A stretch of DNA of 64,000 nucleotides from Paramoeba atlantica (Eukaryota; Protista; Discosea), in NCBI GenBank assembly GCA_977017575.1, contig CDRNVI010000167.1:62001-126000 (forward strand), read 5' to 3'. Under the pieces are notes generated by a model. It saw nothing but the letters and a program-made list of their open reading frames with translations, was not told where the DNA came from and did no database searches. Positions 48,973-61,480 of this stretch are shown here, piece after piece. The first letter of the stretch is position 1. Every line of letters begins with the position of its first letter. The position numbers were made by a program, and so were the translations under genes.

Positions 48973-49679
48973 CCTGTTCCCTTCTTTGTGAAAAAAAAAA
49001 AGGAAACTGTCATTGCAAGCGTGGTTCCCAATCCTCAACCTGTTGCTTTTCTTTACCCACAAGCTGTGAAAATCCCACCCTGTTCAAGAAGAGTTGTGAA
49101 ATTAAAAGTTTCTGAAAAAAAGTCCAAAGATACAAATTACCAAGGTGAAAGTGATGGTTATGTTATGCCAGTCCATAGATATTGTTGAGATCTCGTACTC
49201 CAAGAGGGCCTAGTAAGAATCCTTGCTTTCGAGAAGTTTGATTGGACAATTCCAAGCCAATTGCTTGTGTTGTTTATTGTGAGAAAAGTGATTTTGACAA
49301 CATCATAATTACTGAGATCCCAAACTCCAATCTTTTCCAAGAGTGCACCCCTAAGTCCATTGATGATCTCAATGAGACTAGTTCCATTGATGATTTCAAG
49401 AATTTGAAGAGTGTAGTGGCAGAAGATGATGATGAAATGACTTTGGAAGATACCAATATTTTGAATGCAATTCTTGTCAAAAGAGCCACTACTGCCAGAG
49501 ATAGGAGTGACAAGGGTGTCACAAAGGAAGAATTGAAAGATTTTCATGCTGATTTCCCAAAGATCTTAAATGAATTCAAACTGGAGGGTTGTGTTTTGAA
49601 GCCTGACAAGTTGAAAAAGTTGATGCAAACCTTGATGGACTATGAAGATGTTTGGACTAAACAAGAAAAACTCCAAAGA

Positions 49680-50537
49680 ACAACCTTAGCTGAACACCCA
49701 ATCGAGGTGGAACCTGGCACCCAACCAATCTGAGAAAGAGTGAGGAAGATGACTTTCACTCAAGACCAATTGATTCATGGCCATATTTTGGCTATGCACA
49801 AAAGAAATGTGATTGAACCCTCAAACTCTCCCTGATCAGCCCCAATCCACTTGGTTGATAAGAATGGAAAAATTTGATTTTGTATTGACTATCAACACCT
49901 CAACAAAGTCATCAAGAAAGATACCTATCCTTTGCCTAGTTTGAATGATATTTTGAACACCTTGGGGAATGCAAAATATTACTCAACTGTCAATCTGAGC
50001 TTTGCTTTCTGGTCCATTCCAATCAGTAAGGAAGATAGAGAGAAAACTGCTTTCATTTCGAAATATGGTCTTTGGCAGTGGATCAGTATGCCTTTCAGTT
50101 TGACTAACACTCCTGCAACTCAACAAAGATTTATTGAGAAAGTCTTGGATGGAATGCTTTGGGATTGTTGTATGGTTTATGTTGATGACATTGTTATTTT
50201 CTCCCAAACAGAAGAAGAGTACATCGAAAAAATCAAACAATTGCTCCAGAGATTGCAAGATGCAGGCCTTACAGTGAATACTAAGAAATGTTCATTTGCT
50301 CAACCTGAATTTGAGATTCTTGGACACATCTGTTCTGGTGATGGTGTTTCTCCAAATCCTAAGAAGGTGTCTGCAATTCTTGATTACCCAATGTCAGAGG
50401 ATCAACCTGCCTTGCACTGATTTTTGGGACTTGTTATCTGAGTTGCAAAATTTATTCAGAATACTTTATCAAAAACAATTAATCTCCAGAAGTTGTTGCA
50501 TGGGAAAGAGCCTTTCAAGATGGAAGAAGATCACATT
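49680..50537 (+). pseudogene. Reverse transcriptase of outer Gypsy-2
   Basis: IEPSNSP*SAPIHLVDK..KI*FCIDY..LNKV..KDTYPLP, YSTVNLSFAFWSIPI, MPFSLTNTPAT, VYVDDIVIFS. Confidence 0.92.
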
Positions 50538-53500
50538 AAAAAAAAAAAAAAAAAAATAGGAGGTTCAAGATACAATTGTCTGAATTTTCTATCTTTTGTT
50601 GTAGTGTGTATTCTTGTGGCTGGTTGCTACAGAAAATATTATGGAAACCTCTTCACCCAGTGTAAAGGAAGGAGAGGGTTTTCCTGCCAGAAACACCTGG
50701 TCAGGACAAGCAGATAGTGAATCATTTGCTCAAGTTGTTAAAAAAAGTGAAAGAAAGAAAAGACCTCTTGAATCCAAGGAAGGCTTTCCAGCCTCCAAAG
50801 GTCTCAGCGATGTGTTACACAAGATCGATCAAAACATTAGTTGTGTGTCTGAACCCAAAAACTGTTATTGGAGCCAAGTCAAGATCAACAAAGTTAGTGG
50901 GATCACTGGATTTTAGACCAGGACTTTCCAACTTCAACAAGGTTATCAAAGTGATTGAAAATGTGACTTCTCTAAAAGGAAAGATTTTTGTGAACATCAA
51001 GCAGGGCCATTTTGTGATCTCAGCACTTGAGAACATGGATGCTGCCAGTGTAGAAAAAGAGTTTTTGAACAAAGGTGATGAATTGGCAAAAAAACTCAAG
51101 AAATCTTTTGTCTGGAGGAACAATGAGGATGCAAAATTGTGGGGGCTCAAAATCAGGGTTCCCTTTGAAGCCAAGGGTGTGGAGTGGATCCAGAATCTTT
51201 TTGCTGGCCCAAATTCTCTTTTGAGACATAACTTGAAAGAAGTGGTTCAAATAGCCCAGAATTGTATTGTTTTGGTTTACACCCAAATTCCCATTAACCT
51301 TGTCTGTCTCATTGCCCACACCAAGGGGTGGTTGGGGATTAGTTGAAGGAGTCCTCTCATCCTGTACCCCCCTTGGTAAAACTGGTGAGTCTATGGTGGT
51401 GGGCCCTGAGAGAATAGATCAAACTCCCCCCAAGTCACAAGCTTCTAAGCCTTCTGAAGGTCTCTCCCCCATTGGTGTTAAAAAAGATGGCTCAAATTTA
51501 CCTGCACATAATTCTGGTGGCCAAGGGTTGGTGTTTTGTTCATTTAATGTTATTCCTGCTGAACCTACCCCTCTGAAGGGCCCCCCTCCTGTGAAGAAGA
51601 GCCATGAAGCTGTACCCAACAACTTCAAAGTACCTTCTTCCACAACTAAGGGATCAGCTGTCCAAAGGAGTTCCTCTGTGGGTCCAGTTAAGCATGATGC
51701 TGCAGCTCTGATTAAGATGAGTTCGTTTTCTCCCATTGGGACCAAAACCTCTTCTAAAATTAAAACATTAAATGGGATCAGCAAACAAGTTAGTGGATTC
51801 TCAGTGCCTCACATATTACCAGCCCAGTGATCACAAGCTCAACCAAAAAAGAAGGGTACCCGAACATCAGTGAACACATGTTCCAACCCAGTAGTCTCTT
51901 CCTTTAAGTCTGTTTCTTCACAACCAAAAGAGACTGTGGACAAGTCAAGAAATTGTGCTGGTTCTGTGATCCAGAAGAAGGAGAACAGAAGAAGCCAACC
52001 TGTTTCTGGCCCTGCTTCTATCTTCATCAACAAAGAAGATTTACCAGTTGAAAATGGATTGGTGGAGGAACCTGACAATAGAAGGGAGGTGAAATCAATG
52101 TTAAAGAAATTGAACCTGAACATCAAATGGGCAAGCACAACTGAGGATTTTGGAAGAGTTTATGAGGGGTTGGAGAATGACTCAATTTTCCTAAAGGATA
52201 GAAGATTAAGGTGTCAAGCTTTTTATTTGGTTGAGTACCTTGTGAAGACAGGATGCACTAAGAGGAAAAAGGGCAGATCAGAAGAGGTGATTAATGTTAG
52301 AGTAGGGTGGGAAAAAGGAAAGAATGAGAGTGAAGAGGAAAAAGGAAAAATATTGCAAAAAAAAAGAAGAATCACATAAGAAAAGGAGAGTGGGGAAAGA
52401 AAGTCAGTGAATTTTCCAAATGAGGAAGGGGTGGGTGTTGTTCATCCACTTATGGAAAAACCCAAGGAAAGAAGTGGTGGTGTCCAAGACAGTGTCCTCT
52501 TTTCTTTTTCGTTTGAAGAGTCAGATATGAGAGTGGAAGGAGAAGAGGAGGAAGAGGGGGAGGCTATGGAGATCAAAACAAACAAGGAGTTTGCCAGAAC
52601 AACCCAAGCAAGGAGAGAGAGTGAGGGAGGGAAGTTAGTTGTTTAAAAAAAAAACACACAAAAACACAAAAACACAAAAACACAAAAACAAAAAAAAAAC
52701 AAACAAATGATGACTAAACTCAGGAAGAAGAAGAATAAGAAGAGAAAGGAAAAGGGATTGGTGGATATTAGAAGTAGCTTTGGTGTGGGCCCCCAGGTAG
52801 CTCCTCCCCCAACAACAAACTTACCTAATGTATCCCAGTCAGAGTGCCTCCCCCCAGGTTCTCCAAGTGAGCCTGGAGTTGACCCCTGTGATAGGTTCTC
52901 AGCTAATTTAAGTGAGAGTGATGAATGTAGGTTTCCTGATGTATGTGTTATTTCCTGAAACATGAATGGGATTCAAAATTTCAAAAAATTGAGAACCCTT
53001 CAGAAGATGGCTGGGAGTTGTCAGCCTCTCTTCATTTTGATTCAAGAATCTCACTCTGATTTTGAATATGACTTCGATCTCATCAGGAACCAATTGAGGA
53101 AGTATATCTGGTTGAGAGACAATTTCTCTGGAAAGAGGAGGGGTCTGCTCATTGGAGTTAGGTGGATGGAGGGGGTGAAAGAGATTTCTCCCTGTTTCTT
53201 TGACCAGACCATGAGTGGATTATTTGGTGTCCATGTGACTATTGGATTGACAAACTATTCTGTCCTGAATATATACTGTCACCCTGACCTCAAAGTAGCC
53301 ACCATCTTGCAGGAGGCTGCTCAATTCTTCAGTCAGAACCCCAGGAGCATAAATATCTTTGGGGGTGATTTCAATTGGGATGTGAAGGAAAAACAGATGG
53401 GGGAAATTGAAAAGTGTTGTGCTTCTCTCTGTATGTCATGCTTGAAATGGGATGAACCCACCCATTATAAAGGGAAGTGTATCGACCATATCTTCTTCTT

Positions 53501-56500
53501 GTCCAAGGCTCCATTAAAACTTTTGTTTATCAATGCCATCCTGTCTGGCTTCAAAGATCATGCACTGCTGATTGGAGGATCCTTGTTTAAGGAATGGGAG
53601 ATTCGGATGAATAAGAAATCCATCCCTGAGTATCTGATTAATGACCATGGGTTCATCAACACTCTTATTAAGAGGATGGGTACCTTCTCCAAGGGTGATG
53701 ATCCCAATGAGTATTTGACCAGATTTAAGACCACAGCTTGGGAATTAGTTCCCTACTGGAGAGAGAGAAACACTAAGGCAGCATTGTTTAGAGAACTGTG
53801 GAAGATCCAATCTCTTGTAAGATTCCTTTGCAATTCTCACATTCTTAGAAAATCTACTGTCCAGAGGCCATATTCTTCCCTTGAAATGGGTCTGTTGGAC
53901 CAGGCCTCCCTTGGTTGGAAGGGTCTGAAGGAAGGGAAGTCATGGAGGAGAGGAATAATCCCTAGAATGATTTCTGCAGTGCTCAAGAAGATTGAATGTA
54001 TTGAAGGACAGTTGGGGATCTTTATTGACAGTCACCCTGCAAGGCCTAAAGCGAGATCATCCCTAAGGGTTAAAGGAATTGTTGTGGATGGGGTTATTTC
54101 CAGAGATAATGGTGTGGTCCAGAAAGCAATTAAAGAATTTTGGGGGAATCTTTTGGGCTCAGTGAGGCCATACAATAAGGACTCTCTCCAGAAGTTGATT
54201 GAGAACCATAAACCTCAGTTTCCTAAGGTTGATTACCATGTTGTTGATGGGGCCAAGGTTGATAAACTGCTGTGACAGTGCAATAATTCAAGTGCTGACC
54301 TAGATGGTATCCCCTTTGCTCTCTACAGAGTGACAAGTGAACAACTGTGTGATATGTGGTGTGAACTTATCCAGAGAGCTGGGGAATCAATGGATTTCTC
54401 TGAGTTGTTTGGGGAGAGTCAACTTGTGTTATTACCTAAGATTGAGAATATTCCTCATCTTGACCAATTTTGACCAATAAGTATTACCAATTCTGATTAC
54501 CAGATTGTGATGAGATATTGGGCCAAATGGCTGATGGAGAGTGCCAGAGAGGTGATTTCCCCTGAACAAAATGCTATATTTGCTGGAAGGTCCATTGATA
54601 ATGCAGTGGAATTGATACATGATGGGTTTATGGAAGCAGTGGCAGAGGGCAAGAACATGACCATCCTCCAAACTGATTTCTGTAAGGCCTATGACTATGT
54701 TACCTGTGAAGCCCTTATGGAGTTGCTGGTTGGGTTGAATGCTCCACCCCAAGCCCTTGAAGTTGTATCTAAAGTTCTGTGAGAGTCAGATACATGGCTT
54801 CCAACTGTAGGATCGAATGATAAGACACAGAAGGAAGCCATCAAGAGCCAGACTGGTGTGTGACAAGGCTGCTCCATTTCACCTCTTTTGTTCATTATCT
54901 TTTTGATGTTTTGTTGGTTAGTTTGAACAATGGGGGTGACCTTGAGAAGCTTGCTGGGTTCATGGATGACTTAGCCCTTCTCCTTCACAGGGTCCAATCC
55001 ATAAATTCCTTGACTTCTATCTTCCAAGAATATGAACAAAGAACTGAAGTCAAACTCAACTACAACAAATGTTTTGTATTGTCAACTGAAAAATTCTCTC
55101 CTGTGGGCCCTTGAGCTGAAATGTCTTCAGTTAATTATTTGGGAGAGGAGACTGTGTACTTGGGAGTTACAATTTCTTGAAGAATGAACCCAACTAAAGA
55201 CTGGGAAGGAGTGATCAAGAAAATGCAGAAGGTTGGAACAGCAATTAAGCAAAAGAAAGGCAGCTTCAATGAGAGAGTCCAGATGATTAATACTTACCTT
55301 ATTCCTTGTATGGGTTATTTGGCAAGATTCAAGCTTATCTCAAAAGCTATCTCCTCAAAGATGTGGAAGGCCATTTGTTCAGCCTTAGGCGCATATGCAA
55401 ATCTAAAGTCCTGTGTAATGACCTCCCTTTGTCCCCCTTTCTTTGAAAAACCTCAAGTTAGACACCCTATTCTGTTTAACTGGGCTCTGCTGATATCAAG
55501 GAAACCTCTCCAAGATCATTATAGGAATCCATTGTCCATTGGGGCCATGAGGATTGATGCTTTGGAAGCTAGCAGTGCTATCTTAGAACAAGTGAGGATG
55601 GGCTCCAAAACCAAGAGATCCTTCTCTCTCCTCTCTCAGAACATTTCTGTGGGAGTGGAGAATTTCTATGTGGGGGATGGGTGCTTGAAATGTGTGATCT
55701 ATAATTTGTCTCTTCCACAAAGACCCCAGATTAAGTGAAACCTTCTGAAGTTCTTTTTGAGGGGTCTTCCAACTGTGGATAAGATTGCCCATTTTACATC
55801 TGTGAGTCCACTTTGTCAGCTGTGTAGGAAAGCCAAAGAGTTAAGGGTGCACCTCCTTGAAGGATGTCTGAAAGCTAAGGCAATTTTGAAAACTATTGGG
55901 AGGAGATGCTTTGTTTTAAAGATTCCTGGGTGGGAGAGTACTGACTTTGTATGTGGATTTACAAACTAGTATCTAAAGAAGGCTGAAGCATCTGCAGTGA
56001 GTGCAGCCCTATTAGGCTTGTGGATCACTGTATGTGCTGAAGGTTTGAAGTCCCCAAGCTTTGCTGTTAAAATTTTTGATGAAATTGCTAAGACAAACAA
56101 GATGATCCCCAAACAAACTATAAGAAAGGCTCCCCCCAAAGGTAAAAGAGAAGTGAAACAACCAAAGTTCAAGTACCCTGCCCTGCAAGTGTTTTATGAT
56201 GGCTCTGGGCATGTAGATCCCCATATCAGGGGATCTGGGTATGTGATTATTAAGGAAGGTTTGAAGGTTGGAGGTGGATTTGAAACAATTCCACTAGGCT
56301 CAAATAATTTGGATGAGTTTTTGGGATGCTTAGCTGGTCTACAACAAGTTATTGGTTTTGGGCAATGTGTAGAGATGGTGGGAGATTGTAAAATTCTGAC
56401 TGAGGCAGCACCTAAGACAAAACTGATTGATAACTTTGAGCTCAATGAGATCCTATCTGAGATCAGAAATATTGTTGAGAGTAAATTTGCCAAAGTAGAG

Positions 56501-56808
56501 TACACTCAGGTGTATTACGAATTCAACAAGAGGTCAGATGTAATTGCAATGGCAGCAAGTCACTTTGAAGAGGATGGGATGGAAGCTGTGTTTGATAGGA
56601 ACTGGGATCCAAGATTGAAACAACTAGCAACAACCAGTGAGGAATGGATTATTGAGAATTCCAAGTTGTAGATGGAACTGTTGGATTTGGATTGGAGCTT
56701 CCCTGTGAAGAAAGTTCAGTTTAAGAGGAGGTTTAAGGACAAAGTGATTACAACTAATAATGTTTACTTCCCAGTACAAGCTGCACTGGGAAGGAAAAAT
56801 CAGCCTCT
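50538..56808 (+). mobile_element. L1/Tx1-type LINE family 1, copy A (near full length, ~6.3 kb)
   Basis: ORF1-like region at ~50640-52380 (SFAQVVKK) followed by ORF2. Flanked by a 104-bp duplication of the Gypsy pol target, with an A19 run at the left junction. Confidence 0.9.
52962..56671 (+). pseudogene. LINE ORF2: APE endonuclease, RT, zinc finger, RNase H
   Basis: Endonuclease: ILIQESH, LNIY, GGDFN, PTH...IDHIF, KDH. RT: F*PISITNSDY, QTDFCKAYD, GV*QGCSISP, FMDD. Zinc finger: CQLC-x7-H-x4-C. RNase H: VFYDGSG, SNNLDEF, VGDCK, EFNKRSD. Confidence 0.9.
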
Positions 56809-57400
56809 TTACCTGGGTTGCAAAATTTATTCAGAATACTTCATCAAAAACAATTAATCTCCAGAAGTTGTTGCATGGAAAAGAGCCTTTCAAGATGGAA
56901 GAAGATCACATTGAGGAATTTGAATCTATCAAGAAAGCTTTAGCAGAACCTCCCATGTTAGCTTACCCTGAATTTGAGAAACCTTTCCATGTTTATGTTG
57001 ATGCCAGCAAGAACGGTTTGAACACAATCCTTACTCAGTTGGATGAAAATGAGCATCACAGAGTGATTGCCTTTGCAAGTGCTCCCCTCAAAGTTGCACA
57101 GAAGAAGATGACAGCTTCTGTTTTGGAATGTATTGGTGTTGTTTGGGCTGTTACTTATTTCAGACAGTAGGTCCATGGGCACTCTTTCTATGTGAAAACA
57201 GACCATTTGGCTTTGGTGACAACATTTAAGACTCTTTTGACAAGTCAGACACTTGACAAATTAGCCACTCACCTGTTGGGTTATGATATGCACATTATAC
57301 ATGCTCTTGGAAGTAAAATGACTGGTCCTGATGCATTGAGTCGAGCCAATTATGTGAAATATGAAGGTGATCCTCCTGAATATTGTGGAAAGATTGGTGA
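56809..57400 (+). pseudogene. RT connection and RNase H of outer Gypsy-2
   Basis: LAEPPMLAYPEFEKPFHVYVDASKNG, LECIGVVWAV, KTDH, GPDALSR. Confidence 0.9.
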
Positions 57401-58899
57401 TTTGCTTCTTCAATTTCTGGGCCAAGGAATTGATGTGGATGAATGAGTTGGTAACCTCAGAGGAAAACTAAACCATACAGTTAACTCTATTGTGGAAAAT
57501 CAGCCAATAACGGAATATGATTTGGTGGTAAGAACTTCAAGTGATGGAAGTTGTACAGAGTGGATATTTGAACCTGTCTCAGAGAAGAAAAGTGGTACGA
57601 TGGTGAATGCAATTTCTGCAAAGAAACCAAGAAGAAAAAAGTCAATCCAGTCAGAAGAATTGAGAGATAAACCATTAGAAGAAACTCCTTGCTCCCCAGA
57701 ACTTGTTGGGTCTTCTAAACCTGTTTATAGTAGTGAGAAAGATGATATTCAAAAACTTGGGGAAAGAAGTCTGTGCATTCAAGATTTGAGAGTAAAAGTT
57801 GGTCCTTGGGAACACAAGATTCAGAATTTAGGTGTTCAAAGGCCAACAACAAACCAAAAGTCCTCAGGTCAATCATACTCTGAACTCCAGATAATTGAGG
57901 ATTCAAGTTCAACTGAATTGGGGATTATGAATGGCTCTTTAACTGGAGACCCTTTGTTTGATCTAATGAAGGAGAATGAGATGAATCAAGGGTTTGACAG
58001 GAATCCTGCTTTGGGTGATGGAGACTGTATTTCAATCAATCCAGTTTCTGTTTTCTAAGCACATAAGGAATCCAATGTTGATGAGAACTCAAGGGAAGTT
58101 GAAATGGATGCTCAAGTCAATTGGAAATGTTCTGGGAAATGATATGAGATAGACAGAAGAGAATTTGTGTTTGGCACAGCCCCTCTCCCAGGTTTGAGAG
58201 TGGAAGACAAAGTCCTGGGACTGGCAGTTCAAGAATCATTGTGTGATTTGAAAAAGAAAACCCATGTTGATGGTATGAAATGGTGTCCATCCAGTGGAGA
58301 TGGATGTAGAAGTTTATTTGATGATGATAGCTATTCTATTGAGACAAGCAATAAGCCTGAGAGTGTCAATATTCATGATGTACAAACCCCTGCTGGTTTC
58401 AATTCTGAAAATTGTTCTTCTCAGTTGGTTAGTGGAGATCCTGATACTCAAAATCTTTATAAGAATCCTGATACTCACAAATTGTGCTGTGAATGTACAA
58501 ATGTGTTGTCTGAGCCCTGCCAGCCTGTCCAAGAATCTTCCAAAACTGTGACTCACAGATTGAGAACTAGAAAACAGAAGGAGAGAGTGAAAAGTAAAGG
58601 AATGGAGATAAGTGAAGAAGAACAAGATTCAGAATCAGGAAAAAGAAAAGATTCAGAAGAGGAAAGTGAAACTAACAAACCATTAACAGATTACAAGAGC
58701 AAACACCCATCAGAATTCTTAATAGATGATAGGAAACTAATCAAAGAACAGGATAAGAATAACTGGATCAAATCAATTAAGAGAAGATTGCAAACAGGAA
58801 AATGGCCAAAAGATAAGAATGAGAAGAACAGATTGCAGAGAAAGGAAGGAGATTTTTACCTTGCAGATGGGATTCTCAGAAAAGTAAAAACAAATGTCC

Positions 58900-60900
58900 T
58901 CTCAAATGCACTTCCACCAGCAGTACTTCCTGACCATTTAATAGGTGCAGCACTTCTCCAATTTCATGTTGATCCAATCACTGGACATCTTGGAGGTTTA
59001 TTAACTTACTTAAAAATCAAATCCAGATTCTATTTCCCAAAGATGTACACTGTGGTGTGACAATTTTGCAGAACTTGCCTAACTTGCCAACTCAACAAAA
59101 CTGGAAGAGTGGACCAACCTCCAGCTGGAGAAGAAATAGAACCAGAGGAATTTCCAAGAATCATTTTGCATGTTGATAACACCCAAGTTAGCAGGACAAC
59201 CCAAGGCAACAATCACATTCTAAATATTTCAAACAGGTTCACAAAATTTCACAGATTCTATGCTGTTGGGGTGAGACCTGCTTCCAACACAAAAGTTGTA
59301 CCTTTCAGTGCCTTTTCAGTTCCTTGAGCCTCCCTGAGCCTTCCCTGAGCTTCCTTGATGCCTTTTATCATGAGTTTTGGTCCTTTCAGAGAGCCCTGAG
59401 CCTCACAGACAGCCATGTACCATTTTATTGTGATTTTAGCTAAAATCACAAGATTTTTAGCACTCTTTTTATTCAGTTTTCGCATTCATGTTTTTGCCCC
59501 CCTTTCTTGCTGCTTTGCTGCCTTCTGCTTTCTTTTTGCTTTCTTGTTGCTCTCTCTCTCTCTCTTTGCTTTCCTTTGTGATCTTTTGGCTTGCCTTGCT
59601 TGCTTTCTGTTCTCTTCTTTTGTTGTCATCATCTTTTGTTGCTTTCTTCCTTCTTTGGTTGCTGTGTAGACTTGGGATTCTGATTTGAGTTGAATTTCGG
59701 TGATTCTGTGCTTTTCTCAGTTGTGATTCCTTTTGTTGTTCTTCTTTTCTCTTGTTTTCTTTGTTGATCCTGCTCCCCTCCTCACAATGCAACAAAAGGA
59801 GTTTTGGCCATTCTTACTGCAAACAAACTGCTGGATTATGTCTGTACTTTCAGCTGCCCAGTGAAGATTATTTCAGATTAGGGATGTGAATTTGATGCAA
59901 AACTGACAACTGAGTTTGGAAAGATGATGGGAGTGAACCTGAAATGCACAACTAGTTTTAATCCAAGAGCAAATGGAGCAGTCAAGAGACCCTGAAGAAC
60001 ACTCAAGGACATGTTCAAAGCTTATGTTAATACAAGACAGGATAATTGAGACACATTCTTACTGCTTTTGCAGCTTGCATTCAACACTGCCCAGAGTTCA
60101 ACAACAAATTTCACTTCTTATTTTCTAATGTTTGCAAGACAGGCCATATTACCCTTGGAAGTTCATTGGGACATTGCATCCAGACCTACAATGACAAGAA
60201 GCAAGTATATTAAATCTTTACAACAGGAATTGCCTGTAATTTTCAAATTAGTTAGGGAACATGTTAGTTCTTCAAGGAAGAAATCACAGTTGGATCAGGA
60301 GAAAAGAAACCCTGTGAGAGAAACTTTGCTGGTCAGAGATTTAGTTTTGTGTAAGAGAAAACTCAAAAAAAAAGGCTTCAACCCAAAATTATTACCAAGA
60401 TATGGAATGTAATTTCCAGGTGGTAGAAAAGCCCAATAATCATGCTGTTGCCCTCAGAAACATCCATTCTCAAGAAATGCTGCCACACCTCATGAATGTC
60501 AGAAGAGTTAAGAAATGTAGAGTCACAACTTTGCAAGATGTACCAGGAGTTGAGATAACAAAAATACTTGCTGAAAGAGGTAATGAGAAAAAAGAATATT
60601 TAGTTGAATAGTTAGGTTACAGCCAAAAGAAAAATTCATAGGTTGGAGCAGCTTCATTGAAAGGAAATCACCTTCTTTTCCAGTTTAGGAAAACAAATGC
60701 AATCACTTCAGCAGTAGGTAGAGAAGAAGAATCAAGTTCTGATATTGAGTTGGAAGAGGAAGATTCAAGATTTGAGGAAGAATTAAGTGAAAGAAAAGAA
60801 AGTCCAGATTCAGAAATGGAAACAAGTGAAAAGGAAAGTTTTGAGTTGAACAGGCTGATATTGGATGAAAACTTGGATTCAGACTTTCTGGGATGAGAAA
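58900..60900 (+). pseudogene. Integrase (HHCC, DDE), chromodomain and acidic tail of outer Gypsy-2
   Basis: H.DPITGHLG...C.TC.TC, LHVDN, IISD*G.EF, NP.ANGAV.R, QLAFNT. Chromodomain at ~60550-60690 with nonsense codons. Split by the solo LTR at 59264. Confidence 0.88.
59264..59786 (+). mobile_element. Solo LTR, family 2 (523 bp, internal deletion)
   Basis: TG...CA ends with TSD ATGC (59260-59263, 59787-59790). Integrase rejoins as RFYA-TKGV. Confidence 0.95.
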
Positions 60901-61480
60901 CTAACTTTCATGGTTGGATGACCCTCATTGCTTCTCTTTATTGAGTTGTTTTCTTTCTTTTGTTGTTTGAGATTTGGTTGTCTTTGCTATTAATCAATTT
61001 CAAAGATTGTTTTGACTATGTGACTGGTTTGGGATATTGGTTTCAAGAATTGCAATCCTGTTATGCTTTCCCTGGGAGACTGTAAATATTGTGAATGCTG
61101 TAAATATGATGAAGATTTGGGTTTACTGGTTTCCCTGGACAGAGGTTCTAAATATATCAAAACATTTTTTTTCAAGTAAGTCCCCAGCCATTGTGTTTTG
61201 TGTTTGTTCTCTTTTTTGTGTTTTGTTTTGTATTTTGTTTGTTTTATTCTCCTGTCATCCCCCTTGGTGAGCTGCATTTTGTGATTTGTTAACACCTTGA
61301 ATTGATTCCTTGGGTCTTCTGCTGCTGATTCCCTTCTTTTGATTGCTTGGTTAGAGAATTGATTCTGATTTTGTGGATTCCCATGGATTTCTTTCATCTT
61401 TTTGGACCCTGTTGAGTTTCTGGCCTCTTTTCTCTTGGCCCCTGCAACCCCACACTCTTGTTTTGTTTCAAGGGGGGAGG

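Noticed and set aside
47902-49188. Recurrent 60-190 aa ORFs (MILAKIMIKW..., MLFFFLLFCFF...) seen six times
   Set aside because: They are translations of the same LTR sequence in its six copies, not a gene family.
4340-60100. Non-standard genetic code (TGA or TAA/TAG read as sense)
   Set aside because: In-frame TGA aligns with both R and W positions, and TAA/TAG with Q and W. Sister copies have the sense codon (CAA in the inner gag versus TAA at 40093). C>T/G>A mutation explains all of them.
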